From: Elusimicrobiota bacterium
GTDB taxonomy: Bacteria; Elusimicrobiota; Elusimicrobia; UBA1565; JACRDR01
Direction: 5' to 3'
Assembly: GCA_026388115.1 (NCBI GenBank)
Contig: JAPLKK010000017.1
Location: 15,667-79,666, forward strand
Length of the DNA: 64,000 bases
Each line of letters opens with the position of its first letter. Within the stretch, counting starts at the first letter, position 1. A program made the position numbers and the translations under genes. A model generated the notes under the pieces. It saw only the letters and a program-made list of their open reading frames with translations. It had not been told where the DNA came from and searched no databases. Positions 11,901 to 25,400 of this stretch are shown here, piece after piece.

Positions 11901-14900
11901 CCAGGTGTACGTCAGCACCAGCGGCGACGCCGGCTGGAGCGCGACGCAGGGCGGCAGCGCGCTCTCCAGCAACGGCATCGCATCGCTCGCCGCCTTCGCG
12001 GGCAGGCTGTTCGCCGGCGACAGGGGCGGAAGGGTGTTCGCCACGGTGGACGGCAGCACCTGGACTCTGATGAACGCCGGCGTCGCCGTCGGCTCGAACC
12101 TCGGGTCGCTGGCCGCCTATGACAACCGCCTGTTCGCCGGCGATGCGACGAACGGCAACATCTACGTGAGCACCGATGGCGGCAGGTCCTGGCGCGCCAC
12201 CAACGGCGCCGTCCCGCCCACCGGCAGCGCGATCAGCGCGCTCTCCTCGTTCAGCGGCAAGCTCTATGCGTGCGACAGCGCGGGCAGGGTGATCGTCAGC
12301 ACCGAGGGCTACAGCTGGATGACGCTCAACAGCGGTTATCCGATCACCGGGAGCCTCTCGTACCCCGCCTATGGGCTGGCGCCCTTCAACGGCAAGTTCT
12401 ACGTGGCGGCGAGCAGCAGGGTCTTCCAGATCACGCCGGTGACGGCGAATCTATCGGGCGCCGAAGGCTCGACCGCGGTCCAGACGCTGACGGCGAGCTC
12501 GCTGCGGCTCGTGACCTCGACGACCACGGCCACCTGCGGCGCCGCGATGCCGTGCGGCGCCACCAACCAGGTGCTCTTCACCGCCTCCGACCGGGCCGGC
12601 AACGCGGCCCGCTACGGGCCTTACGCCGTGCTCGTGGACTCGACGATCGCGGTCGCGATCTCGACGCCCGTCTATCCGGCCAACCAGAGCTACGTCAACC
12701 TCCAGCCGAACTTCAACTGGAACGGGCCGAGCACGACCACGGTCTACGGCCTGTCGCAGGGCTCGGCGTACTACCTCCAGGTCTCGCAGAACGATCCCAC
12801 GTTCTCGATGGGCCTTGTGATCAGCATCTCCACGCCGATCGTCAACACGCCGCAGATCAGCGTGAGCACGAGCCTGCCGATCGCCCCCGGCGCCTACCTG
12901 TCGACCTTCACGCTGGCCGATAACGCGACGTATTACTGGCGCGTCGCGGTGGCCAACGCGATGGACGGCATGTTCAGCGCGTGGTCGACGAGCTTCAGCT
13001 TCGTCACCAACTTCACGGCCCCCGCGGCGGCCGGCGTTTTCTACTCGATGAGCCCCGGCGGGCAGCTGTTCGGCGAGACGCAGATCATCGGCATCCAGAA
13101 CGGCGTGACCGCGCAGATCACCGTGCAGGACGCCAACAGCGGCCTCGCCGTTTCGACCTTGAACTTCACCGGCGACGGGCACGACAGCGTGATCCTGACC
13201 GTTCCGTTCGGCGTGATGTACTCGACGACGAGCGGGCAGCAGTGGATCGACTTCTCGGCCGTCACGCCGTCGAACCCCGGCGTCGCCCGCCTCTACAACC
13301 TGACGGTGTACAACAACGAGCTGTACGCGGTCGACGGGGGCGGCGTCCTGTACCGCACCGTTGACGGCGCCGCCTGGTATCCCGGCATCAACAACAACTG
13401 GAACGCGTCCGTCCGGTCGATGGTCGGGTTCAAGTCCGCCGCTTCCTCCACCCTCCGCCTCTTCGCGGGCGACTCCAACGGCAAGATCTACTCGAGCCCG
13501 TCCCCGCCCACGCAAGGCTTTGCGACCGTCTTCTCCGGGGGCTCCAGCATCGGCACGCTCGCCACCTTCAACGGCAGGATCTATGCCGGCGACCTCAAGA
13601 CGGGCCGCATCTACGTCAGCACGAGCGGCGACGCCAACGCGTGGAGCGCGACGCAGGGCGGCAACGCCGTCTCGACCACCGGCATCCAGGCGCTGTCCAC
13701 GCTCAACGGCCGCTTCTTCGCGGCCGACAAGACGGGCAGCGTCTTCGTGTCGGTGGACGGCACCACCTGGACGCTCGGGAACATCGGCGGAGCGCCCGTG
13801 GGCTCCAGCATCACCGCCCTGGCTCCGTTCAACGGCCTGATGTACGCGGCCGACGCGATCACCGGCAAGATCTACTCCAGCCCGGACGGCAACACCTGGA
13901 CCACCGCCAACCAGGGCGTGCAGGTCACGACGAGCCCGAACGTCGGCTTGCAGGCGCTGGCGGTCATGGACGGGAAGCTGTACGCCGGCGACTCGGGCGG
14001 AAACGTCTGGGTCACCGTCGACGGCAGCACCTTCACGGCCGCCTATCCGACGCCCGTCGCCGGCAATATCGGCGGCCTCGCGCCGTTCAACGGCAAGCTG
14101 TACGCCGCCGACAGCGGCAACGGGAACGTGGCCCAGCTCTCCCCGGTCGCCACCGCGCTGGGCGGCGCCGACGGGACGAACGCGGCGCAGGTCCTCACGG
14201 CCAGGGGGCTCAACCTCGCCAACTCGGGGACGGTCTTCACCTGCGCGGGCGTCGCGCCGTGCCTGGCGACGAATCAGATCCTGTTCACGGCATCCAACCG
14301 CGCGGCCAACGCCGCCAAGATCGGCCCCTACGCGATCCTCGTGGACGCCATCACGCCGGTGGTGAGCCTGAGCCTGCCGGCCAACGGGACCTATCTGAAC
14401 GTCCAGCCGAACTTCAACTGGCTTGGGCCGAGCACGATGACGGCGGTGAGCCTGTCCCCGGGCACCTCCTACTATCTCCAGGTCTCCGCCGATCCGACCT
14501 TCAATCCGGCGAACATCCTCGTCAGCATCTCGAGCCCCGTCCTCCCCAGCGCCGGCCAGGCGATCAGCACGATGGCCATCACCTCCGACGGCGCCTACGT
14601 CTCCACCTATACGCTGAACGGGGCGACGACCTACTACTGGCGCGTGGCGACCAACAGCGGACTCTATCACGCCGTCGGCGCCTTCTCGTCGACGTTCACC
14701 TTCATCACGGACTTCGCGCCGCCCTACTCGTCGACGGCGTCGTTCGCGAGCGTCAGCTCTTCGGGAGGGGCGCTCGCCGAGGCGCAGTTCAACGATACGG
14801 CCTCGGGCGTGAGCGCGCAGCTCGCCGTGCAGGACGACGTGGCCCTGGCCGTCTCCACCGCGGCCATGAGCTTCGCGGGCGACGGCCACGATAGCGGCCT

Positions 14901-16480
14901 GAGCGCCGGCGGCTTCGGCGTCATGGTCTCGACCAACGCCGGCGCCACGTGGACGGACTGGACGGTCCCGGCTTCCTCGGTCGCCGTCGCCGCGCCGGTC
15001 CAGGCTTTCGCCGTCTTCGGCGGCAAGCTGTACGCCGGGGGCGCCGGCTCTAACTTGTACGCGACCGCCGACGGTCTCGGGTGGACTACGAAGACGGTCG
15101 CCACCTGCGGCGGCGGAGGCACGATCAACGCTCTCGCCGCCTTCCGAGGGAAGCTCTTCGCGGGCTGCGGCGGCACGCACGGCATTTCGAGCGATGGGAC
15201 CAGCTTCTCCGCCTTCCTCGCGCCCGGCAAGATCCTGTCGTTCGCTTCCTTCAACGGGAGGCTGTACGCCGGCGCCGACAGCCAGCAGGTCTCGATGAGC
15301 ACCGACGGGGCCGCTTGGTGGCAGTTCAGCCTGCCCTTGGGGCAGACGCAGAACTCGAGCCTGGCCGTTTTCCGCGGCCGCCTCTACGCCGGCACCGACT
15401 CCGCCGCGACGCGCGTCTGGCACTCGGTCGACGGCTCGACCTGGTCCAAGACCGCCGGCGGCAGCGCCGGCGGCGCGCCGCCGGCGATGGCGGTCTTCAA
15501 CGGCAGGCTGTACGTCGGCGGCAGCGCCGATACGACCATCCGCGCGAGCGTCGATGGCGTCAACTTCGTCCCGGTCTTCACCGCGCCGTTCGCGGCGGGA
15601 TCGAGCAACATGGCGGCGATGACGGTCTTCAACGGCAAGCTGTACGTCCTCGATGGCGCGAACAAGGCCCTCTTGTGGACGGCCGACGGCTACCGTTGGT
15701 TCACGTCCGCGCTCGCCGTCACCGACGCCGCCTTGAACGCCCTCGCCTCCTTCAACGGCAGCCTGTACATCGGCGGCTCGAGCAACCTGTATCGCCTGCA
15801 GGCGCTGCCCGCGGTCCTGGCGGGGCCGGACGGCACCACCTCCCCGCAGACGCTCTCGGCCAGCTCGCTGAGCCTCGCGCAGTCCTCGGTGACCACGGTC
15901 TGCAACGGCGTCTATCCGTGCGCGGCGACCGACCAACTCGTGTTCACCGCCTCCGACCTGGCGGGCAACACGGCGCTGTTCGGCCCCTTCGCCGTCCTCG
16001 TCGACAGCACCAGCCCGGTCGCGATCTCGACGCCGGCCTTCCCGCTCAACGGCATGCACGTCTCGGGCCAGCCGCGCCTCTACTGGCTGGGGCCGAGCAC
16101 CTCCGTGGCCGCGGGCCTGCAGCCGCCCGCCGCCTATTACCTGCAGGTGGCCAAGAACGACCCGGCCTTCGCGGCCGGCAACCTCGTGGTCAACATCGCC
16201 ACGCCCGTCGTGACGAGCCCCGGCGATCTGACGGCGAACTCGCACTACGTCTCGACCTATACCCTGCTCGACAACACCACCTATTACTGGCGCGTGCGCG
16301 CGCAGAGCGGCCTGGGCACGGCGAGCCCGTGGTCGAAGGCCTTCGTCTTCGCGACCCAATTCACCACGCCGACCTTGAGCGGCCCGTTCGTGAGCAACTC
16401 GACGGGGGCGCTGATCCCGGAGACCCAATTCCACGTCCTGGCCGCGGGGGTCACCGCGCAGCTGACCGTCCAGGATCCCG
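355..16480 (+). repeat. Ten tandem in-frame coding supermodules of about 1.66-1.75 kb. Each is a Cys-pair linker (TLTG.DGT..QTL.A..L.L..S.N..C.G..PCGATNQV.FTA.D.AGN), an FN3-like domain, a GVTAQ..VQD..SGLAVS..FAGDGH module and a roughly 7-blade Asp-box propeller. They are divergent protein-level repeats, not identical DNA.
   Basis: Linker starts fall near 355, 2083, 3790, 5540, 7250, 8940, 10670, 12420, 14130 and 15790, spaced 1660-1750 nt. I read these directly from the translated frames; coordinates are approximate. Confidence 0.8.
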
Positions 16481-19400
16481 GCGGCCTGGCGTTCGATTTC
16501 GTGCCGGCCAACCGCATCGGCACCTGGCACTTCGAGGAGGCGGCGGGCGCGCTCAGCACGGACCTGTCCGGCAACGGCAACATCGCGACGCTCAGCAGCC
16601 CCGCGATGTGGGCCTCGGGCTACCTCGGCACCGGCGTCGCGGCCAACGGGAACTGGGTGGACGTGGCGACGCCGACGGTGGCCGCGTGGAGCGGGCTCAC
16701 GGCGATGGCCTGGGTGTACGTCCCGAGCGCGGGCTTGGGGGTCGTCCGCTCCTCGCAGACCGTGCTCGCCGGCCGGCAGTTCCGGCTCGAGTACAAGGTC
16801 GAGTACCGCTCGGTCGGCTTCTACGCCGACGTCGATCCTGTCACCGGCGGCTGCTCCATCGACGAGGGGCCGGCGGTGCCGCTGCAGGCGGCGGCGGGCA
16901 CGTGGAACCACGTGGCGTTCGTGATGGACCCGGTGAATCTCGTCAACAGCATCTACATCAACGGCGTGCTCTCGCGGACCTGCTCCGGAAACCCGGTGCC
17001 CGGCGACAGCAGCTTCCGCTTCGGCGAAGACGGGCTGAGCGGCATCGGCCTCGCGGACGCGATGAGCGGCTCGATCGACGAGGTGAGCCTGTTCAGCCGG
17101 ACGCTGCCCCAGCCCGAGATCGCCGGCGAGATGAACCGCAAGCTCGGCTTCTGGGTGTACTACTCGACGAACGCCGGCAGCCAGTGGAACCTCGTCGCCT
17201 CGACGGCGCCGGGCAACGGGCCCTACCTGGGCTCTTACGGGGTCAACGGTTCCGTCGGGCCGCTCACCGTGTCGGTGGCCGGGCTCTCGCTGATCCAGTC
17301 CACCAATGCGCTCACGTGCGGCGCCGTCGCCCCGTGCGGCGCGACGAACCAGGTCAAGTTCGTGGTCTCCGACCTGGCGGGCAACGTGCTGTCGGCCGGA
17401 CCGTACGCGATCCTGACCGACTCCACCGCGTTGAGCGCCGTCCCCGCGCTGAGCTACCCGGCCAACGGCGCGAACGTCGGCCTCCAGCCGAACTTCGACT
17501 GGATGGGCCCGTCGACCAAGACGGCCGTGGGCCTGCCGCCCGGCGCCGCCTTCCTGCTGCAGGTGTCCCAGAACGACGTGACGTTCGCGCCGGCGAACGT
17601 CGTCGTCAGCATGTCCACGCCGTGCATCGTGGCCAGCACGTACGTGCCCACCGCCGACGCCACTTACATCTCCACCTACACGCTGGTCGACAACGCCACC
17701 TACTATTGGCGCGTGGCCGTCCAGGATCCGGTCCTCGGCACCCAGAGCCCATGGTCGTCCACCTTCAGTTTCGTCCTGGACCTGACGCCGCCGGCCCAGA
17801 CGGGCGCTTTCACGAGCATCGACGGCGGCCTGAACAACCTGCCGGAGACGACGTTCAACACGCTCTCCGCGGGCGTCACGGCCTTCATCACCGTGCAGGA
17901 CGCGGCCAGCGGCCTGGCGGTATCCAACACCGCCTTGCCGCTCTCGGGCGACGGCCACGACGGCCCGGCCTCGGCCGCCGGCTTCAGCGTGATGTACTCG
18001 ACCACCGCCGGGCGGCTGTGGATCGACGTCTCCACCATGATCGTCGCCAACGGCGGCTTGGCGGTGGGGGCGAAGATCGGCGCGTTGGCCACGTTCGGCG
18101 GCAAGCTGTACGCGACGGACGCGGCGGGGGCCAGGGTGTACAGCAGCGGCAACGGCGGGGTCTCGTGGACCACGGTCAACCTGCCCGCCGCGACGACGCT
18201 CGGCCCGATCGCCGTCTTCGCCGGCAAGATCTATGTCGGCGACACCACGACCGGCATGATCTTCTCGAGCGCGAACGGCTTGACTTGGACCGCCGCCGCC
18301 GGCGGCGCTCCCGTCTCGGCCTGCGGGACGGTGCGCAGCCTTGCCGTGTTCCTGAACAAGCTCTACGCGGCCGACAACTGCGGCAAGGTCTATCTCTCGA
18401 CGGACGGCAACGGGTGGGGGATCGGCAACAACGGCGCCGCCGTGGGCGCGTCGATCGGCGCGCTGGCGGCCTTCAACGGAAAGCTGTACGCCGGCGACGC
18501 CAACGGCAACGTGTACGTCACCCTGCGCGGGATCGTCTGGACTCCGACCAACGGCGGCAACCCGGTCGTCGGCTCCGTCATCGCGCTGGCGATGTTCGAC
18601 GGCCGGCTCTTCGCGGCCGGCGCCGCCGGCGACCTGGCCTTCAGCGCCGACGGCGTCGAATGGCCCGCGGTCAACGGCGGCGTCCCGGTGACGAATTCCT
18701 TCGCCGCTCTCACGGCGTTCAACGGCAAGCTGTACGGCGCCGATCCCGCGACGGGGCGGCTGTACGCGAGCCCGGACGGGAATCTCTGGGTCGTGCTCAA
18801 CAGCAGCGCGCCCGTGGGCGCGGCCCTGGGCGCGCTCGTCCCCTACAACGGCAGCCTGTACGCGGGCGATTCGGCCAACGGCAAGGTGTACCAGCTCGCG
18901 CCGGTGCCCGCTTCGCTCGCGGGCGCGGACGGGACGGCGGCGGCGCAGGCCCTCTCCGCCCTGGCGCTCAACTTCACCTTCTCGACCAACACGCAGGTCT
19001 GCGGCGGCGTCCAGCCTTGCGGCGCGACGAACCAGCTGATCTTCACGGCCTCGGACCGCGCGGGCAACGTCACCGCGGGCGGGCCTTTCGCGATGCTCGT
19101 CGGCACGCCGGTCAACAGCGCGACGCCGACGCTGCACGTGCCGATGGACATGGGCTACGTCAACGTCACCCAGCCGGTCCTGAGCTGGCTGCACCCGAGC
19201 ACGGCCGCCTACCCCGGCTTGACCATCTTCCACCTCGAGGTCTCGGCCGACCCCTCGATGTCGCCGCTGCTGGTGCTCGTCAGCACCAACGTGGGCTTCG
19301 GCGTGCCGGCGGTCACGTATCCCTTGTCGAGCGTGGTGCTGCCGGCCGCCACGACCTATTACTGGCGCGTGCGCGGTGAGACCTTCAGCGGCGTGGTGGG

Positions 19401-22400
19401 ACCGTATTCGGCCGTCCGGTCTTTCCAGACCGTGCTCAGCCCTCCCGCGCTCACGAGCTTCGTGCATCTCAACTCGATGGGCGCGCCCCTCAACGAGTAT
19501 CAGGCGTCGGACCTGGCCCTCGGCGTGACGGCGCAGGTCACGGCGCAGGACGGTCAGACCGGCTTGAACCTCTACGGCACCCCGGATACCACGGCCGTGG
19601 CTTTCTATCCGTTCGAGGACCTGGTGAGCAGCGCGGCGCGCAACGCCTTCAATAACGGCAATCCGGCGGTCCTGATGGGAGGCGCCGTTCCGGCGCCGGG
19701 GCGCTGGGGGGTCGGCGTGGCGCTTGACGGCGCGAGCGGGACGCTCAGGGTGAGCGATGCCCCGAACCTCGACGTGTTCGACCGCATCACGGTGGAGGCG
19801 TGGATCAAGCCGGCCGCCCCCGTGACGGCCGACACGACCTTCGTGCGCAAGGCCGCGGCCAACGGCACGTCGGGCTGGGCGCTCGAGTACCTGGGCGGCC
19901 AGCTCGCCTTCTGGACGGCCAACGGCGGGGCGGCGAACTGCAGCGCGGGCAACGCCGCCTGCGCCCCCGTGTACCTCAACGGCGGGGAATGGTATCACCT
20001 GGTCGGCACCCTCGACGGAGCGACGCTCTCGCTGTACTTGGACGGCGTGCTGGTGTCCAGCCGGAACGTGACCACGGGACCGGGCGAGCCGCATGCCCCC
20101 ATCTACCTGGGCAGCTCGCAGGGGACCGGCCGGTTCTTCGCCGGGACCATCGACGACGTCCGCCTCTTCTACGAGGGGCGCGGCTCCGCCGTGGTCCTGC
20201 AGGACTTCCGCAGCCCGACCTCGCCCGTGGCGGTCTTCTCCTCCGACGCGGGCAACACCTGGAGCATCGTGTCCACGACTTACCCGGTCACCGCCGGGAT
20301 GCCGTTCCTCGCCGTCGGCGGCAGCCAGGGAACGACCGGCGCGCAGGCCTTCCAGCTGGTGAATTTCAACGTCGTCCAGTCGACCACTGCGGCGGTCGGG
20401 GCCGCCGCGACGAACCAGGTCAAGTTCTTCGCCTCGAGCGTCGGCGGCTACGCCAATACGGCCGGACCCTACGGGGTGCTTTACGACGCGGTGGCCAACA
20501 TCGCCATCGACACGCCCACGAGCCCCGCCAACGGCGTCTACGTGAGCTCGCCGAGCCCGACCTTCGTCTGGAACGCGCCGAACCTCGCCGGCGTCACGCT
20601 CTACGAGCTGAGGGTCTCCGCCGACCCGTCGTTCTCGTCGCTGGTGATCAACAACAGCACGCCGGCGGTGACCGGGGTGGCGGTCGGGACGTATTCCGCC
20701 GTCGAGGTCCTCGGGCCCGCCACGACCTATTATTGGCAGGTGCGCTCGCGCACGACCCTGAACCGGACGGGGCCGTGGTCGATCCCGTATTCCTTCGTCA
20801 CCGACTTCACGCCGCCGGGCTTGTTGAACTTCAACACGGTCGGCTCCACGGGCGCCGTCTTCATCGAGACGCAGGTGCAGGTCTCGACGGCCGTCGTCGC
20901 CGACCTCACCGTGTTCGACGGCCTCGCGGGCCTTTCGGCCGCGGCGGGCTTCAGCGCGTCCTTCTCGACCAACGCGGGCCAGGGTTGGAACGTCGTCACG
21001 AGCACGGTCGGCGGCGCCGGGCCGTATCTGAACGTCACGTGGCCGGAGGGCGGCAACGCGGGCATCTTCAGCCTGGTGAATATGCCGGTCGGCCAGTCGA
21101 CGTCGACGGCGGTCTGCGGCGGGGTGCCCCAGCCGTGCGGCGCCACCAACCAGGTCGTCTTCTACCTGCGCGACCGCGCCGGCAACCTGTCGGTCGGCGG
21201 ACCCTACGCGATCCTCGCCGACACGACCGCGGCCGTGGCGATCTCCTCGCCGGCGGCGCCGGCGGCCGGCGCGTGGTCGGGGCTGAACCCCGGCACCGCC
21301 TTCGTCTGGAGCACGCCGAGCACCTACACGCTGTCGGGGCTGCAGAGCTTCTCTCTCGAGGTCTCGTCGAACGCGTCGTTCGCGCCGCTGTCGTTCATCG
21401 TGTCCACGCCGGTGGTGACGGGGGCTCTGGCCGCCTCGTATGTCTCGACCCAGATGCTGCCCGAGGGCACGACGATCTATTGGCGCGTGCGCGTCCTCGA
21501 CTCGCTCGGCAACTTCAGCCCGTACTCCGCCGTCTCCACCTTCCTCGTCGACTCGGGCTCGCCGCTGCCGTTGTCCTACGGCGTGGTCAGCTCGACGGGC
21601 GGCATCCTGACCGAGGCGGACCCGCTGGGCAGCTTCACGGTGTCGGTCGCGCTGTCGGCGCAGGCCGCGGTCAGCGGCCTGCCCGCGACCGGGGCCTCGG
21701 TGATCGTTTCGACGGACGGCGGCGCCCATTGGAGCACCTTCGGTTCGACGCTGACCGTCCTGTCCAGCACGCTGGAAGCCGGGGTCATCTCGGCCAAGGT
21801 GTTCAACGGCTCGGCCTACGCCGGAACCCAGGGCAACGCCCGGCTCTTCCGCAGCCCCGACGGCCGCTCCTGGCCGCCGGTCGCGGCCTTCTCGAACAAC
21901 GTCTCGGTCAACAGCCTCGAGGTCTTCAACGGCAGACTGTACGCGGGCACCGGCGGCGGGCTGGCGGGCGGGCGGGTGTACTCCTCGGCGGACGGCAATG
22001 TCTGGTCGCCGGCGTTCACGCCGTCGGGCGCCTCGTCGGTCGCGGCCCTGGCCGCCTTCAACGGCAGGATCATCGCGGCCTACGACGCCTTCGTCGCGGG
22101 CTCCACCAACGGCGTGAGCTGGTCCAAGCTCGCGACGATGCCCAACGGCCCGGCGACGGCGCTCGCGGTGTTCAACGGCAAGGCGTACGCCGCCTGCGGC
22201 CCCTACGTCTGCTCAAGCTACGGCGGCGCCGCGTGGTCTTCGACCCCGCGCTTCTCCGGGTCGAGCAATCTCTCCGCCATCGCCGCGTTCAACGGCCGCA
22301 TCTACGTCGCCGGAGACATCGGCGTGCAGTCGACGGCCGGCGACGACGCGTGGCCTTGGAGGAGCGAGCTGTCGGTGCCGGGAGAGACCTTCTCGAGCCT

Positions 22401-25400
22401 CGCCGTCGCCGACGGCCGGCTGTACGCGGGCAGCGCGCAGAACGGCTACGTCTATGCGACGGTGGACGGCACCAGCTGGGCGCGCGTGCTCTCCGGCACC
22501 GGCGAGACGGGCATGTCGGCCCTGCAGGCCTTCAACGGCAAGCTGTACGCCGGCACCGCGCCGAACGCCAAGATCCTCGAGCTCTCGCCGTATGCGGCCG
22601 TCTCGGGCGTCGACGGCGCGGTCACCCCGCAGGCCCTCATCGCCACGGGGCTCGCGGTGGCCGCCTCCACCTCGACCGCGTTGTGCGGCGGCGACTGGCC
22701 CTGCTCCGCCAACAACCAGACGCGCTTCGCGGTGTCCAACGAGGCCGGCAACGTGGCCTTCCTCGGGCCGTACGCCGTCATCGTCGACACGGTCATCGCC
22801 CTGGCGCGGCCGCTGCTGGTCGAGCCGACCGTCGAGGGAATGACGCTGCTGCAGCCCGAGTTCCGCTGGACGGTGAGCACCGCCATCGCGGCGGGCAACC
22901 TGACCGGCTTCGAGGTCCAGCTCGCGGGGGCGCCGTCGTTCAACACCCTGCTGCTGGATCAGCCCGTGGCGAACATGTTCCTCCCCTCGCCGCTGATCCT
23001 GGCGGCGTCGGGCGTGTACTATTGGCGCGTGCGCTCCTTCGACGTGTTCGGCGCCAGCTCGAGCTTCTCGGACGCGGCGACGGTGATCATCGACACCCAA
23101 GCGGCCCGGGGCTCCCAGTTCTTGACCTACAACAACCTCGGCGTGACGTTCCCCGAGGGCGGCCTGATGGACCTCGCCACCGGCGTGACCGCGCAGCTGA
23201 ACGTGCAGGAGGGCGTCAGCGGGCTCGAGCGCGCGGGGCCGGGTCCGTTGGCGCCGGTCAGCGGCACGCTGCTGCTGTGGCATCTCGACGAGGGGGCCGG
23301 CTCGACGGTCGGCGACGCCGGGACGTGGGGCAACGGCGGCACGATCTACGGCGCGCCCGTGTGGACGAACGGCCGCTTCGGCAAGGCCCTGCGCTTGCCC
23401 GCGCCGGCGTCCGCGTCGAACTACCTCGCGGCCGCGAGCCAGCCGAGCCTCTCGGCGGCGAACGTCACGCTCGAGGCGTGGATCAACACCCAGAGCACGC
23501 AGGCGGCGGTGCTCCAATCGCAGGGCGGCGCCTACGGCATCACGATCGGGATGGGCGGCGCCGCGGGCGACGTGGGGGCGACGTTCAACGGCGTCAGCGC
23601 CGATTGCCACCGCCGTGTCGACGACGGCGCGTGGCACCATCTCGCCGCGACCTGCGACTTCGGCTCGGCGCGGTTCTACCTCGACGGGGCGCTGTGCGCC
23701 AACGTCGGGGCCCCGTCGTCCATGCCTTCGGCGGGAGCGCTCAGCGTGGGCCTGCGCTTCGACGGCACCCAGCCGTACGCCGGCCTCCTCGACGAGCTGC
23801 GCGTCGTCAACCGGGCCCTCTCGGCCGACGAGATCTACCGCGACGCCACCTACGGCGCGCCGTACACGGCCTTCGTCTCCACCAACGGAGGCCAGAACTT
23901 CCTGGTCGTGGCCACGACCTTCCCGGTGACGCCCGGAGCCCCCTACGTGACCTTGACGGGCGTCGACGGCTCGACGTCGACGGAGGTCCTGCAGGCGCGC
24001 AACCTGAGCCTCGTCCAGTCCACGACGCTTTCCTCCGGGGCGCTGGCGACCGACCAGATCATCTGGCGCGTGGCCAACCGCGCCGGGGCGATCACGGCCA
24101 TCGGACCTTACGCGGTGCTCGTCGATTCCACGGGGCTCGCCGCCCTGCCGAAGCTGACGTACCCGGCTCACGGCGCCTACTCGAACGTGCAGCCCAACTT
24201 CGCCTGGGTCGGCCCGAGCACGACCACGGCCGCGGGGCTGCCGGCCAGCTCGGGCGTCGTGCTCCAGGTCTCCAGCAACGACCCGGCGTTCAGCTTGGCC
24301 AGTATGGTCGTGAACATCTCCACGCCGGTCGTCGTGGCCAGCACCGTCGTCCCCACCGCCGACGGGGCCTACTTCTCCACGTTCACGCTGACGGACGCGA
24401 CCACCTTCTACTGGCACGTCGGGGTCTTGAATGCCGCGCTGGGCACGTACGGCCCGTGGTCGCAGACGTTCAGCTTCGTGACGGACCTGACGAAGCCGGT
24501 CCAGACCGGCAGCTTCTCGTCGTTCAACTCGGTGCAGGCCAGCCTGGGCGAGACGTTCTGGAACGACCTCTCGGCGGGCGTCACCGCGCAGATCACGGTC
24601 CAGGACGGCGGCAGCGGCCTGGCGCTGTCGGCGGGCGCGCTGGCCTTCGCGGGCGACGGCCACGACGGGCCGGGCCTGTCGGGCGGCTACAGCGTGATGT
24701 ACACCACGATGGCGGGCCAGCAGTGGGTGGAGTGGCCCACCTTCACCGTCGGGACCGTCGGGACCTCGGCCATCGATAGCCTCGCCGTGTTCAAAGGCAA
24801 GCTGTACGCGGGCTACGGGACCGGCGGCAAGATCTACTCCTCGCCCAACGGAGCGTTCTGGACCCAGGTGTTCGCGCCCGGCGTCTCGGACTCGGTGAAC
24901 ACCCTGGCGGAGTTCAACGGCAGGCTGTACGCCGGGGCCGGCGGGTCCAGCGCGCTCGTCTACGCCTCGAGCAACGGCGTCAACTGGAGCCAGGTATTCG
25001 CCTCGGCCGACGCGGCCGTTCAAAGCCTCGCGGCCTTCAACGGAAAGCTTTACGCCGGGACCGCGAGCAACGGGAACATCTACGCCTCGACCGACGGCGT
25101 CATCTGGGCGCAGGTGTTCGCGGGCAACTCCTCGCCGTTGTCCGCCCTCGCCGCCTTCAACGGCAGGCTCTATGCGGGCGACGCCGCCAGCGTCTACGCC
25201 TCCGCCGACGGCGTCACCTGGACCGCCGTCTCGCTGCCCGGAGGCGTGGGTCCGGCCGCGTTCGCGGCGTTCAACGGGAAGCTCTTTGCCGGGACCAACG
25301 GCGGCGGAACCAACCACATCTTCTCCTCGCCGGACGGCGTCGCCTGGACGCCGGTATTGAGCTTGGCGGGAGAGGGCGTCACCGCCTGCGCCGTCACCAA

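Noticed and set aside
355-16480. A strong periodicity of about 1.7 kb that could be mistaken for a CRISPR array or satellite repeats.
   Set aside because: The repeats are long (1.7 kb), divergent at nucleotide level, in-frame and protein-coding, with spacing far from CRISPR geometry. No short direct repeats with unique spacers are present anywhere in the window.
12451-21729. A 3092-aa ORF on the minus strand. Similar long antisense ORFs lie at 3443..8395, 10048..11652, 22213..28659, 28870..30333 and 34900..37710, all minus strand.
   Set aside because: They are antisense to the giant + strand gene. Their translations are low-complexity Arg/Gly/Asp/Ala strings with no domain structure, typical of stop-poor antisense frames at about 70% GC with high GC3. 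The + strand frame has coherent, recognisable repeat domains.
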